NCBI GenBank assembly: GCA_965223905.1
Contig: CBDCXV010000011.1
Coordinates: forward strand, 1,664,001-1,728,000
Source: Candidatus Latescibacterota bacterium
GTDB taxonomy: Bacteria > Latescibacterota > UBA2968 > UBA8231
Direction of reading: 5' to 3'
DNA: 64,000 nucleotides
Positions within the stretch are counted from its first letter, which is position 1, and each line of letters opens with the position of its first letter. The notes beneath the pieces are model-generated. The model had not been told where the DNA came from and searched no databases. It saw only the letters and a program-made list of their open reading frames with translations. Both the position numbers and the translations under genes were made by a program. Positions 48,788-59,398 of the stretch are shown here, in pieces.

Positions 48788-50188
48788 ATGGACTACATCG
48801 ACGAAGTAGAGGCGTTCGACTGCGAACTCGTTGCTGATCTCAAGGCAGGCCAGGCGCGTATCCTGGAAGAGGGGCTGGCCGCCAATCTGGTCATTCGCGA
48901 TGTCCGCACCTGGCCCGTCATCATGCCCTGGACAGGCACGAAACGGTGGGACGAGTCCGCCGTCCATTTCTGCTTCGGGGAGTTCGAAACAGACCAGGGC
49001 CTGGTAGGCCTTTGCGACAGGGCTCCGGGCGATCTCGAAGCGCTGAAGGAACGAACTGTCGGCAGGAATCCGTTCGATCCGGCCATTCGAGCCGATCTGG
49101 GCTCGGCCTATTGGGACCTGGCGGGCAAGGTCGCCGGCAAGCCCTTGTTCCGCTACCTGCGCGACGTCTTCGAGCTCGAGGAGCCCGCGGTTCAGGGAGT
49201 ACCCGTCGACTACAGCCACATTCCCGTGGCGTCATACACGTGGGCTCGATTCCCGGACGTGAACGGCAAAAACCAGGTCACTTTCGACACCTACCCGCAG
49301 TACCTGCAGGAGTCGATCCGGGAGCACGGCTTTCAGGTCATCAAGCTGTCCGCGTGCGACTTCGAGCCGTTGCGCTACATCGAACTGGTTCACAACATCC
49401 GCGCCGCTCTTGGACCGGAGGTGGAGCTTCGCCTCGATCCCCACGCCTCCTGGAGCGAGTCCCAGGCCCTCAGGTTCATGCGAGGAGTGGAGGACTGTAA
49501 CCTCGAATGGATCGAGGAACCGGTGGGGGGCCGCTTCGAAAACATATGGCGCGCCGGACACCGGCTGCGCCGGATGACCAGCGTCCCCATCTCGTCCCAT
49601 GCCTGGTTGCCGCCCCTCGCCCAATCACCGGCCGCGGCCGGCCGCTACGTCGACGCCGCGCTCGACATACCGCTGAACCTGGAGGCGATGCGGCGCTACC
49701 AACCGGCCGACGTCTCCGCGCCCGACGCGAGTTGCGGCCCCCTGGCGCTCAAGCGTTTCTACGATACGGCGAGGTTCATGGGCATGGAGATCGGCATGCA
49801 CAGCGGCTACGAGCTGGGACCGGACACCGCCATTCGCCTCCACTTCGCCGCCTTTGCGTTTCCCTACTCCCTCAATCACCACATAAACTGGGGCGCCCCC
49901 CGGGCACCGTTCGCCCTCCACGCCCTGGATTCACACTACGACCAGTTCAGTGGAGACGTGATTCGCGGCGGCCATATGAAATACCGCCAGGGCATGCTCG
50001 AGGTTCCGAGCGGCCCCGGGCTCGGTGTCGAGCTGGACCCCGAGCTGCTGGAAGAGTACCGGCTCACGCCCGAAAAAGCCGAGCTGCACCGCCTTCACAT
50101 CGAAGCGGTCCGCGCCCGCCACATGGACGAACTGGGGTGGCGTCACAACCGCATGGGGTGGCACCGGCTTCTGAAAGAACCTGCTTGA
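48788..50188 (+). CDS. Enolase-superfamily enzyme, glucarate dehydratase-like with variant active site
   Basis: AYWDLAGK, HGFQVIKL, LRLDPHASW, WIEEP, GMHSGYELG, ALDSHY and VPSGPGLGVELD. Confidence 0.85.
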   Translation: MDYIDEVEAFDCELVADLKAGQARILEEGLAANLVIRDVRTWPVIMPWTGTKRWDESAVHFCFGEFETDQGLVGLCDRAPGDLEALKERTVGRNPFDPAIRADLGSAYWDLAGKVAGKPLFRYLRDVFELEEPAVQGVPVDYSHIPVASYTWARFPDVNGKNQVTFDTYPQYLQESIREHGFQVIKLSACDFEPLRYIELVHNIRAALGPEVELRLDPHASWSESQALRFMRGVEDCNLEWIEEPVGGRFENIWRAGHRLRRMTSVPISSHAWLPPLAQSPAAAGRYVDAALDIPLNLEAMRRYQPADVSAPDASCGPLALKRFYDTARFMGMEIGMHSGYELGPDTAIRLHFAAFAFPYSLNHHINWGAPRAPFALHALDSHYDQFSGDVIRGGHMKYRQGMLEVPSGPGLGVELDPELLEEYRLTPEKAELHRLHIEAVRARHMDELGWRHNRMGWHRLLKEPA

Positions 50189-52506
50189 GGCTTCGCCTTT
50201 CTCCACGGTGCGCCATCGGATCGGCGGTGCACTCGTTTCTGTCTCCGTCCCGCCCGCTGGGTTCACTGGTACCGGCGTTGTTCACAGTCATATGGCTCGA
50301 TCTGTCACCCGTGTCCGAGGGATCCATTCCGGCTCACGCGGCGCCTCCTTCGGCGGCGGACGCGGCCTCCAGCCACGCGAGGATGGTGGACGCCCTGGAA
50401 GCGATCCGCCGGCACAGCCTCGAGAGCAATCCGTTTCTCGGCGAGGCAGAGGCGCGCCGATTGCGGTCTGAACTGGCGGCGCTTCCCGGGGCTGCGCCCC
50501 TGCAGAAGCGCGCCAACCTGCGCTACCGGCTCGGACTGGAGGAGCTCTTTCTCGGCAATGAACGCCAGGCTATCGATCTGCTCTCGAGCGCCCGCGCCCT
50601 GGTCTCCGCCTCGGCAGCGCATCCAGCCGGCGCTGCCGAACTCGCTTTTCGACTAGGCCTCGCCTATATGCGCATGGGCGAGACGCAGAACTGCTGCCTT
50701 CGCCATACCCCCGAAAGCTGCATTCTGCCCATCCAGGGCGACGGGATATACAAGGCGCAGGAAGAATCGAAGCGGGCGATCGAGTGCTTCACCGAGGTGC
50801 TCCACGCGGTGTCCGCGCACGAACCCCTGCATCTGCGCGCCCGCTGGCTGCTCAACATCGCGTACATGACGATCGGCCAATACCCGCACGATGTGCCCGA
50901 GCCCCACCTCATTCCTCCCGAAGCGTTCGAATCTGACCACCCTTTTCCCCGCTTCACCAACATTGCCCCTGTCCTGGGTCTCGACACCTTCAGTCTTTCC
51001 GGGGGAGCCGTGGCGGACGATTTCGACAACGACGGCTATCTCGATCTCCTCGTCTCGACCTGGGATACCTCGGGGCAGATCCGCTTCTTCCTGAATGAGC
51101 GCAACGGCGAATTCGCCGACCGCACCTCCCAGGCAGGGTTGCTGGGCATCTACGGCGGCCTCAACCTCGTCCAGGCCGACTACGACAACGACGGCAACCT
51201 CGATGCCCTCGTCCTCCGCGGAGCCTGGTGCGGCGAAGCCGGGCGGCATCCCAACTCCCTCCTGCGCAACCGCGGCGACGGCACTTTCACCGACATGGCG
51301 TTCGCCGCCGGACTGGCGGAGGTGTCCTACCCGACCCAGACCGCGGCCTGGGCGGACTACGACAACGACGGCGACCTCGATCTGTACGTCGGCAACGAGT
51401 CCACCGCCGAGCTGCTGGCGCCGGGTCAGCTGTTCCGCAATGCGGGTGACGGGACCTTCGTGGATGTCGCCGCGCCGGCCGGAGTCGAGAACTACTACCT
51501 CGCCAAGGCGGTGGTGTGGGGCGATTACGACGGCGACCGTTTCCCCGATCTGTACGTGTCCAACCTGAACGGGTTCAATCGGCTCTACCGCAACCAACGC
51601 GACGGCACCTTCGCGGACGTGGCCGGCGATCTCTCTGTCTCCGCTCCCCTGAGGAGCTTCCCCGCCTGGTTCTGGGACTTCGACAACGACGGCGTCCTCG
51701 ACCTGTACGTCTCCTCCTATGCCGCCGATATCGGTGCATTGGCGGCCGCGTACCTGGGTCGGCCCGTCGAGGTGGAGCTCGCCCATCTCTATCGTGGCGA
51801 TGGCCGCGGCGGCTTCGACGATGTCACCCGTCAACGCGGCCTGGTGCACCCGGCCTCGCCGATGGGATCGAACTTCGGCGACATCGACAACGACGGGTTT
51901 CTCGACTTCTACCTGGGAACGGGGGACGTCACCTACGAAAGCCTCATGCCGAACCTGCTCTACCACAACCGGGGAGGAGAGCGCTTTGCAGACGTCACCA
52001 CCGCGGGCGGGTTCGGACACCTTCAGAAGGGCCACGCCGTCGTATTTGCCGACTTCGACAACGACGGCGACCAGGACGTCTTCGAGCAGATGGGCGGCGC
52101 CTATCCCGGGGACAGGTTCGGGGACAGTCTGTACGAAAATCCGGGATTCGGCATGCATTGGATTGCGGTAAAGGTCGTCGGGGCGAGCTCGAATCGCTCC
52201 GCCATCGGGGCGCGGATCCGCGTCGAGGTGGTGGACGAAACCGGTCGCAAGCGCTCCATCTACAGACACGTCAACAGCGGTGGAACGTTTGGGGCCAATC
52301 CGCTGCGCCAGACCATCGGGCTGGGCAAGGCCGCTCGCATCGAGCGTTTGGAGGTGTTCTGGCCGAAGACGGGCAAGCGGCAGGCCTTCGCCAAAATGCC
52401 GATGGACTCCGCAGTCGAAATCGTGGAAGGAGAGGAACAATTCACCCTCCTGCCGCTCCGCCGGTACAGGCTCGGAGGGGCGCGCTCCCGAACGGAAGAC
52501 CTGTAG
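50185..52506 (+). CDS. CRTAC1-like FG-GAP + ASPIC/UnbV protein with N-terminal helical/Cys-rich domain
   Basis: GETQNCC...SCILPI, ARWLLNIAYMT, multiple DYDNDGxxD loops, GFGHLQKGHAV, QMGGAYPGD and SNRSAIGARI. Start is either TTG 50185 (overlapping the upstream stop) or GTG 50227. Confidence 0.88.
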   Translation: MRLRLSPRCAIGSAVHSFLSPSRPLGSLVPALFTVIWLDLSPVSEGSIPAHAAPPSAADAASSHARMVDALEAIRRHSLESNPFLGEAEARRLRSELAALPGAAPLQKRANLRYRLGLEELFLGNERQAIDLLSSARALVSASAAHPAGAAELAFRLGLAYMRMGETQNCCLRHTPESCILPIQGDGIYKAQEESKRAIECFTEVLHAVSAHEPLHLRARWLLNIAYMTIGQYPHDVPEPHLIPPEAFESDHPFPRFTNIAPVLGLDTFSLSGGAVADDFDNDGYLDLLVSTWDTSGQIRFFLNERNGEFADRTSQAGLLGIYGGLNLVQADYDNDGNLDALVLRGAWCGEAGRHPNSLLRNRGDGTFTDMAFAAGLAEVSYPTQTAAWADYDNDGDLDLYVGNESTAELLAPGQLFRNAGDGTFVDVAAPAGVENYYLAKAVVWGDYDGDRFPDLYVSNLNGFNRLYRNQRDGTFADVAGDLSVSAPLRSFPAWFWDFDNDGVLDLYVSSYAADIGALAAAYLGRPVEVELAHLYRGDGRGGFDDVTRQRGLVHPASPMGSNFGDIDNDGFLDFYLGTGDVTYESLMPNLLYHNRGGERFADVTTAGGFGHLQKGHAVVFADFDNDGDQDVFEQMGGAYPGDRFGDSLYENPGFGMHWIAVKVVGASSNRSAIGARIRVEVVDETGRKRSIYRHVNSGGTFGANPLRQTIGLGKAARIERLEVFWPKTGKRQAFAKMPMDSAVEIVEGEEQFTLLPLRRYRLGGARSRTEDL

Positions 52507-52508
52507 CC

Positions 52509-54092
52509 GTGCGACGCGTCCGAGCGCACGCCCGCAGCCTGTTCGCCGCACCCTGGCTGTGTTCGGGTCTGCTGTCAGCGGAGATCGGATGCACCGATCC
52601 GGACCCGGGACCGAACGCACGGCCGTGCGGCCGTCCCTGGTGTCAGGAGGCGGAGGGGGCGGGGCTGCAAGCGGCCGGACCGATGCATGGCCGCGGCGCC
52701 GCCTTCGTCGACGTGGACGGGGACGGGTGGGAGGACCTGTGGCAGTCGGATACGACAGGAGGGTCCTGCCTGTACCGGAATCGGGGAGACGGCACCTTCG
52801 AGCTATTCGACACCGGGATCGCCCCCTCGGCTCTCGCTTCCAACTGGGCAGGGGTCTGGGGCGACATCGACAACGACGGCGACCCGGATCTCTTCCTCGT
52901 CAACGGCGGGTACGAGGGGGAGCTGCCATGCGCCCTGTACCGCAACGACGTTCCGGATGGCGGGTCGTTCGTCGACGTGACGACCGCAGCGCGCCTGAAA
53001 ACCCTCGACGGAGATTGGTGGGGTGCGAGCTTCGCGGACTTCGACCGCGATTCGCTTCTCGACCTCGTGGTAACCAGAATCGGGCTCACCGGGGCTGCGC
53101 CGATGCTGCTGCTCTACCACAACAGGGGAGACGGCACCTTCGAGGAGATATCGGAGTCGGTCGGCCTCGTTCCGCCCGCCGGCCTGCTGAAGAATCCGGT
53201 CTGGCTCGACTACGACCGGGACGGCGATCCGGACCTCTACATCGCCATGGGCGAATACGGCGAACATGCCCTGTATCGGAACGACGGGAGCAGGTTTGCA
53301 CGCGTACCGTTCGACCTCGATCCGGAGCTGCCTGTCGACAATTCTTTCGAGATTTTTCACGCCTTCTGCGCCGCCGCGGACGACTTCAACCAGGATGGCT
53401 GGGACGATCTCTATCTCGGACGCTGGTCCTACCAGGACTACGTCTTTCTCAACAAAGGTGACGGTACCTTCGGCGCGGTCGGAGCCGAAGCCGGGCTCGA
53501 CATGGCGGTCCATCCGATGGAGGAGGAGAACACGATGGGACTCGCCGTCGGCGACCTCGATGACGACGGCTGGCCCGACTTGCTCATTGGAACCGGAGCA
53601 CCCTTTGCCGCCCGGGTCCCCCTCGCCTACTGCAGCAATGGCGACTCCTTCGGCTTTCACCGCTGCAGCGACGACTTCCTGGAAGGACACGGCATCTCCT
53701 GGCACCACGGAGCCGCACTCGGGGACCCCGACCACGACGGCGATACCGATATCTTCTGGAGTCTCGGAGGCCACCGGGGCGGCGGCGAAGCCGAGGACGA
53801 ACTCGCCGCCTACTACGTCCGCTATCCGGAGAAGGCCCCGTCCACCGCGGTCGTGCACCTGGTGGGAACTGCCTCGAACCGGTCCGCGGTGGGGGCGCGC
53901 CTCGAAGTAACGGGCAGCCGGACCCACTACTACACCGTCCGCAGCAGCCAGGGGTTCGCGAGCCAGAACAGCGACTGGCTGCCGGTCTCGCTTTCCGGGT
54001 CCGGCCGGGCGACTGTGCGCGTCTTCTGGCCCTCCGGAAGGGAAACCGAGGTTTTTGTGAGTCCCGGAGACCGCATCGAGATCGTGGAATGA
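52509..54092 (+). CDS. CRTAC1-like FG-GAP + ASPIC/UnbV protein
   Basis: GTG 52509; DVDGDGWED, DIDNDGDPD, DYDRDGDPD, DFNQDGWDD, SNRSAVGARL, GFASQNS and WPSG. Confidence 0.88.
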   Translation: MRRVRAHARSLFAAPWLCSGLLSAEIGCTDPDPGPNARPCGRPWCQEAEGAGLQAAGPMHGRGAAFVDVDGDGWEDLWQSDTTGGSCLYRNRGDGTFELFDTGIAPSALASNWAGVWGDIDNDGDPDLFLVNGGYEGELPCALYRNDVPDGGSFVDVTTAARLKTLDGDWWGASFADFDRDSLLDLVVTRIGLTGAAPMLLLYHNRGDGTFEEISESVGLVPPAGLLKNPVWLDYDRDGDPDLYIAMGEYGEHALYRNDGSRFARVPFDLDPELPVDNSFEIFHAFCAAADDFNQDGWDDLYLGRWSYQDYVFLNKGDGTFGAVGAEAGLDMAVHPMEEENTMGLAVGDLDDDGWPDLLIGTGAPFAARVPLAYCSNGDSFGFHRCSDDFLEGHGISWHHGAALGDPDHDGDTDIFWSLGGHRGGGEAEDELAAYYVRYPEKAPSTAVVHLVGTASNRSAVGARLEVTGSRTHYYTVRSSQGFASQNSDWLPVSLSGSGRATVRVFWPSGRETEVFVSPGDRIEIVE

Positions 54093-54197
54093 TCCCACCC
54101 GCTTCCCGGCTACGGCCCCCGCGCCGAAGGCAACCGTCCACACAGGTTCCCGGCCTTCAGGCGGCAGCCGGGGCGTCGCACATCTGCAGCGAGCCGG

Positions 54198-55259
54198 TCA
54201 AGGTGATGATGCCACCGTACCCTGAAGCTGACGGGCCGTTTCGAAGTGGTGCCGCGCCAGCTCTTTCAGGCGGAGCTTCAGGTAGAGTGCAGCGCCCGTT
54301 CGTACTCCTGACGCTGCAGGTAGACCAGCCCGAGTTGGTAGTTGACCTCGTAGCGGGCTTCCTTCCGCGAGTCGTGAGGCAGAGCTTCTTGCAGGGTCGC
54401 CAGCGCTTCGTCGAGGCGCTGCCGGCGAAAGTAGAGCTTGCCCAGGTTGATGCGGGCGCGAGTGTGATCCGGTGCGTACTGAAGAGCCCGCCCAAAGGCT
54501 GCTTCCGCTTTTTGCGGAAGGTCCTGATGCTCGTAGACGACTCCAAGGCTGTTGAAAACGTCCGGGTCGTCGGGGTAGGCATGCAAGGCTGGCAGCAGGG
54601 CCTGATGCGCCAGATCGTGCTGCTGTTGGCGCAGGTAGACATGGCGACGCGACGTTTTGACGCGGTACAGCCACCAGCCGGCCACGGGCAACAGCAGCAG
54701 GGTGTTGCTGCGCGTCAGCACCAGGAGCCCAAGCAGCAGGCCGGCGGCCGCGGCGTTGCCTGCCGAGGGGCGTTTCCGGCATCGCAACAGGGCCAGGACC
54801 AGCGCCAGTTCGAGAAACAGGACGAGGCCCGTGGCGAGCAGCTCTCCGCTGAAAAAGATGAAGGGCCAGTAAAGGGCGGCGAAGAGACCGGCTACCAGGG
54901 GTACCGGTGCCGGGAAGAAGGCTGCCGCGACGCGGCAGAGGAGAACGCAGGAGCCGGCGTCGAGAAGGGCCTGGAAGAAGCGGATTCCCGCATGGTTCGC
55001 GCCGGCGAGCTTGAGCAACGCCAGCAGGTAGGGATACAGCGGACCGTGGACGTAGCCGCCGTCGTCGACCAGAAACCAGTTTCCCCGCAGGAGCTGGTTG
55101 GAGAGCCCGTCGTACTCGTACGCGTCGAGGACCAGGGTGTCGAAGTACGGAGTGTCCCCTGTCTCTGCCAGGTGAAGCAGGCGTATGCCGAGGGCCAGGA
55201 CGAAGAGAGCCAGAGTCGTCCGGGGTTCACGGCCGCTTCACTGCCGGGGCGGCTTCCAT
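54198..55259 (-). pseudogene. Decayed ArnT/PMT-like (GT-C) glycosyltransferase-TPR gene
   Basis: Frame reads TLALFVLALGIRLLHL...DAYEYD...PLYPYLLA...LTRSNTLL but has no in-frame start. It jumps abruptly into TPRs (DVFNSLG, ARINLG), and the last TPR continues in another frame. Confidence 0.78.
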
Positions 55260-55315
55260 ACCGATGCGGATCCCCCCGCTCTTGGACCGTGCACAAGAGC
55301 CCACCCCGGCTTCAA

Positions 55316-56371
55316 CTACCAGCTCCAGACCCAGCGGTCTCGATTGGGCACGGGAGGAATCACTGCGGTTCCCCCCCGCAAATGAGATTCGTACAGCCCG
55401 AAGCCGATCTCCTGACTGATCATCGCCACCCGCAGGTTGCTCCTGCGCCCGGGATTGCCGGTCTCGATGGCCTCTACCAGATCCCGAATAATGTGCATGG
55501 TGCCGCTGCGGGGCTCCGCTTGCTCGACAGGCACGACATCGAGCGCATCCGACACGGAACTTCGTCGCCGCAGCTGTATCGCTTCGCCGTCGTTGACCAC
55601 GCGGATACTCCCTTCTGAACAGACCAGTTCGACCTCCCGCCCTACTCCCGTTCGCGCCACGTGGGCGAAGGTCCCGTTGTCGAACTCGATCAGTGCCGAA
55701 AGCACAGGGGTGTCGTTGATGAATTTCATGCCCGTGGCGTCGTCTTCGGCCGGGTTGAGCTGGGAAATCCTTCCCTGAACGGACACCGGCTCCGGGTCGC
55801 CGAGCAGGTACAGGAGCAGGTCGATGAAGTGCCCCTCGAGCGCCTTTCCCTCGAAGCCCAGCACCGCCTGGATCTCCCCCAGGTCGCCGCTCTCCGCGAT
55901 GGTCCGCGCCTGTTCGTACGCCGCCCAGTGGCGGTAGATGCATCCGTACTCCAGGTGCGTGCCGTTGCGCTCGAAAGCTTCTCTTATGGCGTCGGTTTCA
56001 GTCAGCGTCATGCACAGGGGCTTTTCCGCGTATACCCCCGCAACGCCGCGGTTGGCCGCGAAAATCAGTTGTTCGGCATGCTGCTCCGGACGAGTGGCCA
56101 CGCTCACGATATCGAGATCCTCCAGCTCTACCATCTCGCGATAGTCTTCGTAGGCCCTGACCTTCCAGCGATCGACAAAGGCCTGCAGGCGTGACGCGTC
56201 GATATCGCATGCGGCGACGACCTGCGTCTCCTCTACCGCGGCGTAGCCGGCGGCATGCGAATAAGGGAGTTCCAATCCGCTCCGATTGGGACGCTCTTTC
56301 CTTCTTGCTATCTGCTCGTCTTCGATGGTGTTGGCCATGCGACCACAGCCGATGATGCCGACGCGAAACAT
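55316..56371 (-). CDS. Gfo/Idh/MocA family oxidoreductase
   Basis: RVGIIGCGRMA, VVAACD, DIVSVAT, EKPL and GHFIDLL. Confidence 0.93.
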   Translation of the reverse strand: MFRVGIIGCGRMANTIEDEQIARRKERPNRSGLELPYSHAAGYAAVEETQVVAACDIDASRLQAFVDRWKVRAYEDYREMVELEDLDIVSVATRPEQHAEQLIFAANRGVAGVYAEKPLCMTLTETDAIREAFERNGTHLEYGCIYRHWAAYEQARTIAESGDLGEIQAVLGFEGKALEGHFIDLLLYLLGDPEPVSVQGRISQLNPAEDDATGMKFINDTPVLSALIEFDNGTFAHVARTGVGREVELVCSEGSIRVVNDGEAIQLRRRSSVSDALDVVPVEQAEPRSGTMHIIRDLVEAIETGNPGRRSNLRVAMISQEIGFGLYESHLRGGTAVIPPVPNRDRWVWSW

Positions 56372-56380
56372 CGCGGTCTC

Positions 56381-57001
56381 CTACTGCATGGGGGAAAACG
56401 GGGCGGGATAGAGGATCTTGTTCTCTTGTCTCACGGGCTTGACCGGGGTCCGCGGAGGCCAGTAACCCTGCTCCCGGGCCTGCTCGCGCACGCGCTGTCG
56501 TTCCTCGAAACTCTCATAGGCCCACATGTGAACGAAGTTGTCGAGTCCGCCGCTGTCGGAATACCAGCAGCCGGCCAGGGGCGAAAGACCCTCTCGCTTC
56601 TCCATCTGTTTCCCCCAGGCGTCCAGCACCGCAGGAAGGGCCTCGGCCGGATAGGTATACAGCCGCATTTCGTATAGAGGACCGATACGCCGTTCGCCGA
56701 GAGGTGGCATGAATGGCGCCGGCAGATAGATCCGGGACACCATGTCCACGATGAGTTCGCCCGAGTCGGGGGGCCAGGCGGGGTCGGGGCCAGCCTCGGC
56801 TCGCTGGCGGATCTCCGCTCTCTGCTCCATGTCCTCGTATGGCCAGACGGCAACCATCTGATTTAGCGGACCGACCTCGGTGTACCAATGGCCCCCGAGT
56901 TTGGAGAACTCCTGGCGGCGAGGAAGCTTTTCGCCGAAACGCTTCCAGTATTCCTGCAGATTATGCGTTCTGAGATTGTAGGTCCGTATCTCGTAGATCA
57001 T
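56381..57001 (-). CDS. NIPSNAP family protein (two domains)
   Basis: MIYEIRTY...WYTEVGPLNQ..VWPY and YEMRLY...HMWAYESFEER...ILYPAPFSPMQ. Confidence 0.92.
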   Translation of the reverse strand: MIYEIRTYNLRTHNLQEYWKRFGEKLPRRQEFSKLGGHWYTEVGPLNQMVAVWPYEDMEQRAEIRQRAEAGPDPAWPPDSGELIVDMVSRIYLPAPFMPPLGERRIGPLYEMRLYTYPAEALPAVLDAWGKQMEKREGLSPLAGCWYSDSGGLDNFVHMWAYESFEERQRVREQAREQGYWPPRTPVKPVRQENKILYPAPFSPMQ

Positions 57002-57383
57002 TGCAGAACTCCTTGTCGATTCAGTTCCACTTGACGAAGCCGCCGTCCACGAAGCAGGAATGCGATTCCTGCCATGGCGATTCCGAAGGGGGGTTGACTG
57101 GAATTGCGCGGCACGAAATCCGGCTTACTCCAGGTACATCATGGCTGGAATCCTTGAAATTGACGACGATCCCGTTTGGCGGCAACCTCCGGCGCATTCA
57201 AAAAGCGATCGCGGACAAGGGAAGGAGGCGGATGCCCTCGCTCTACCGTCCAGCGGCTCACCGCATTCTTTTATGCGTGAAGGGCGTGGCCTGCACCTCC
57301 CGCCAAGTCGTAGCAAAGCTGCGGATTCCTCGGGCGCTTTATCTGGTGAACGCGTCTCAGCGGGGACCGCGTGGTGATGGAAT

Positions 57384-57640
57384 TCACCTGACCGTCATCC
57401 CGGAGTATGAGCGATGGCACGAGCCGCCCCTGTTTGGGTACCTTATGGAGGGACCACCAAGTACGAGCACCTTCACACCCAAGAGGCGAAAATGAACACC
57501 ACGCTCGACCTCATGCAGCTGCGCTCGCCCCCGGGCCCCACCCACGTAGTCATCCAGCTTCTGCAGCAACTGCTTGCCCTGCTCCCACTGCCACTCGTGG
57601 CCGCCGATTCCGCCTTTTTGCACCCCACGGCCCCCCATGG
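57384..57640 (-). pseudogene. Possible degenerate transposase N-terminal fragment (ISKra4-like)
   Basis: QLLQKLDDYVGGARGRAQLHEVERGVHFRLL recalls the LHEVERxxxxxLL helix of ISKra4-type transposases. No catalytic region or ends seen. Confidence 0.3.
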
Positions 57641-57899
57641 CTTCTCGAGGGGGGAGAGACAACCAGTGCCGCGGGGATGGAGACGTTTTGCGCGCAAGAA
57701 CTCTACCCTTTGGCGGCGGCTTTGTAAATTCCCAGGCGGTTGAATTCGTGGATATGGAGACACACTCTTTTTTTGTTTTGTCGTGACAAAAGATAATATT
57801 GATGAATATATACTGCCTCATTCTTTTACCATACCGCAGTGTAAATTGGTTTCTCCTGTTTCCCCAGGTTACCGACTAATAAATCCTCCAAAAATCAAT

Positions 57900-59282
57900 A
57901 TGAATTGCACTCCATTTTTCTCCTCATTTTTCAAACCGGCCGATATATCCTCTCTGGTCTTTTTTCGCATAGTCTATGGTTTAATGATGATCTTGACTTT
58001 TTCCCTTTTTCTGGACCAATTTGACATTAAAGCAAACTGGATCGATCCTCAGTTTCATTTCCACTATATAGGCTTCGAATGGGTCAATCCTCTGCCCGGC
58101 CCATACATGTACCTGTTTTTTGCGCTACTTATTTTGCTGGCTTTCTCTATTTGTATCGGCTATCGTTATACCATAAGCTGCTCCCTCTTCTTCCTGGGCT
58201 TGACCTATTTTTTGCTCATCAATCAGATTGTCTGGGACACCTACTTCTATTTGGCTTGGTGGATCAGTCTAGTCCTGATATTCGTTCCTGCTCATAAGAA
58301 GTTTTCCTATGACGCCTGCAAGGATCCAAGTTATTGCACTGAAACGATTCCCGCATGGACTGTTTGGATATTACGATTTCAGATCGCCATGCCTTATTTG
58401 TTTGGAGGAACAACAAAATTAAATAACGATTGGTTGAGAGGTTTTGTCACCAAAGGTCTCTTCTCATCGAAAACTCATCTCCCTTTTTTTGGGCCATTTT
58501 GTCAAGAACCCTGGTTTATTTTTGGTACGGCTTACGGTGGCCTCCTTCTCGATTTGTTCCTCGTCCCCATGGTGATATTCCGACCTCTTCGCAAGGTAGG
58601 ACTGATCTCATTATTTTCCTTCCACATCTTCAATTTCTTCATCACCAATGTCGGTTTCTTCGCCTTGTTCATGCTTGCAACAACGCTGATTTTGCTGCCT
58701 CCATCCTGGCCTCGAGCAATACTTGACAAATTACAAAAGACGCCTTTTCAAAATCTAAACACGTCAAAACCGGAAAGAACCCCGGTAAAAAAGCTTAACA
58801 AGCTGCAGAGGCTGACCATTTCTCTTATCAGCATGTATGTGATCGTGCAACTATTCATCCCCCTGCGTCATCATCTGATAGAAGGAAACGTCCATTGGAC
58901 CGAAGAAGGGATTGTTTTCAGCTGGGCGATGCGATCCAGCATCAAAAGGTATAAATTGGATTTCCATCTTTACGACAAGGAGAATGACAAAAAGTCATTG
59001 ATCAGAAACCGTGACTTTTTCACACCACTTCAAATTGAAGTTATGGCCACGGATCCTGATAAAATCCTGCAGGCGGCGCATTACATTGGGAAAAGATACC
59101 TGGAGATGCACAAGTCCGACCAGATAGCTGTGATGGTTCAATCACGCCTTAGGCTCAACGGCAGAAAATCTCAATTCCTCGTTGACCCTGAAATTGATTT
59201 GCTGACAAAGCGTCGTACTTTCGGACACAAAGATTGGATCATGCCCCTTGTAGAACCCTTGCCTGCCACTTTGATCGACTGA
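57900..59282 (+). CDS. HTTM-domain / vitamin K-dependent gamma-glutamyl carboxylase-like membrane protein (AT-rich)
   Basis: SLVFFRIVYG, FHFHYIGFEWV.PLP, LRFQIAMPYLFGGTTKLNNDWLRG, WTEEG..FSW.M, PDKILQAAHYI and LNGR..Q.LVDPEIDL. Alternative GTG start at 57783. Confidence 0.9.
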   Translation: MNCTPFFSSFFKPADISSLVFFRIVYGLMMILTFSLFLDQFDIKANWIDPQFHFHYIGFEWVNPLPGPYMYLFFALLILLAFSICIGYRYTISCSLFFLGLTYFLLINQIVWDTYFYLAWWISLVLIFVPAHKKFSYDACKDPSYCTETIPAWTVWILRFQIAMPYLFGGTTKLNNDWLRGFVTKGLFSSKTHLPFFGPFCQEPWFIFGTAYGGLLLDLFLVPMVIFRPLRKVGLISLFSFHIFNFFITNVGFFALFMLATTLILLPPSWPRAILDKLQKTPFQNLNTSKPERTPVKKLNKLQRLTISLISMYVIVQLFIPLRHHLIEGNVHWTEEGIVFSWAMRSSIKRYKLDFHLYDKENDKKSLIRNRDFFTPLQIEVMATDPDKILQAAHYIGKRYLEMHKSDQIAVMVQSRLRLNGRKSQFLVDPEIDLLTKRRTFGHKDWIMPLVEPLPATLID

Positions 59283-59398
59283 TTCCCCGCACATCGTGCA
59301 GGGATCACACGACTTTTCGAATAGTATTTCGCCACGGGACACTGGCCGTTGAAACAGAATCGCCTCGCTTCGGGAATTCCTCGCTGACGGGCGCCGTC

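Noticed and set aside
49507-50184. N-terminal extension of the 999-aa ORF (likewise 46103..46510 and 51516..52508)
   Set aside because: Overlaps the upstream real genes in another frame; low-complexity Arg/Pro-rich translation.
6626-54092. Enediyne biosynthetic cluster suggested by the UnbV domains
   Set aside because: No enediyne PKS, thioesterase or UnbU/UnbL-like genes seen in the window.
54089-55618. 509-aa plus-strand ORF
   Set aside because: Antisense to the GT-C/TPR pseudogene and the end of the oxidoreductase; no motifs of its own.
57001-57495. 164-aa plus-strand ORF and overlapping short ORFs
   Set aside because: No RBS, motif or codon-bias support that I can see; more likely intergenic or relic DNA.
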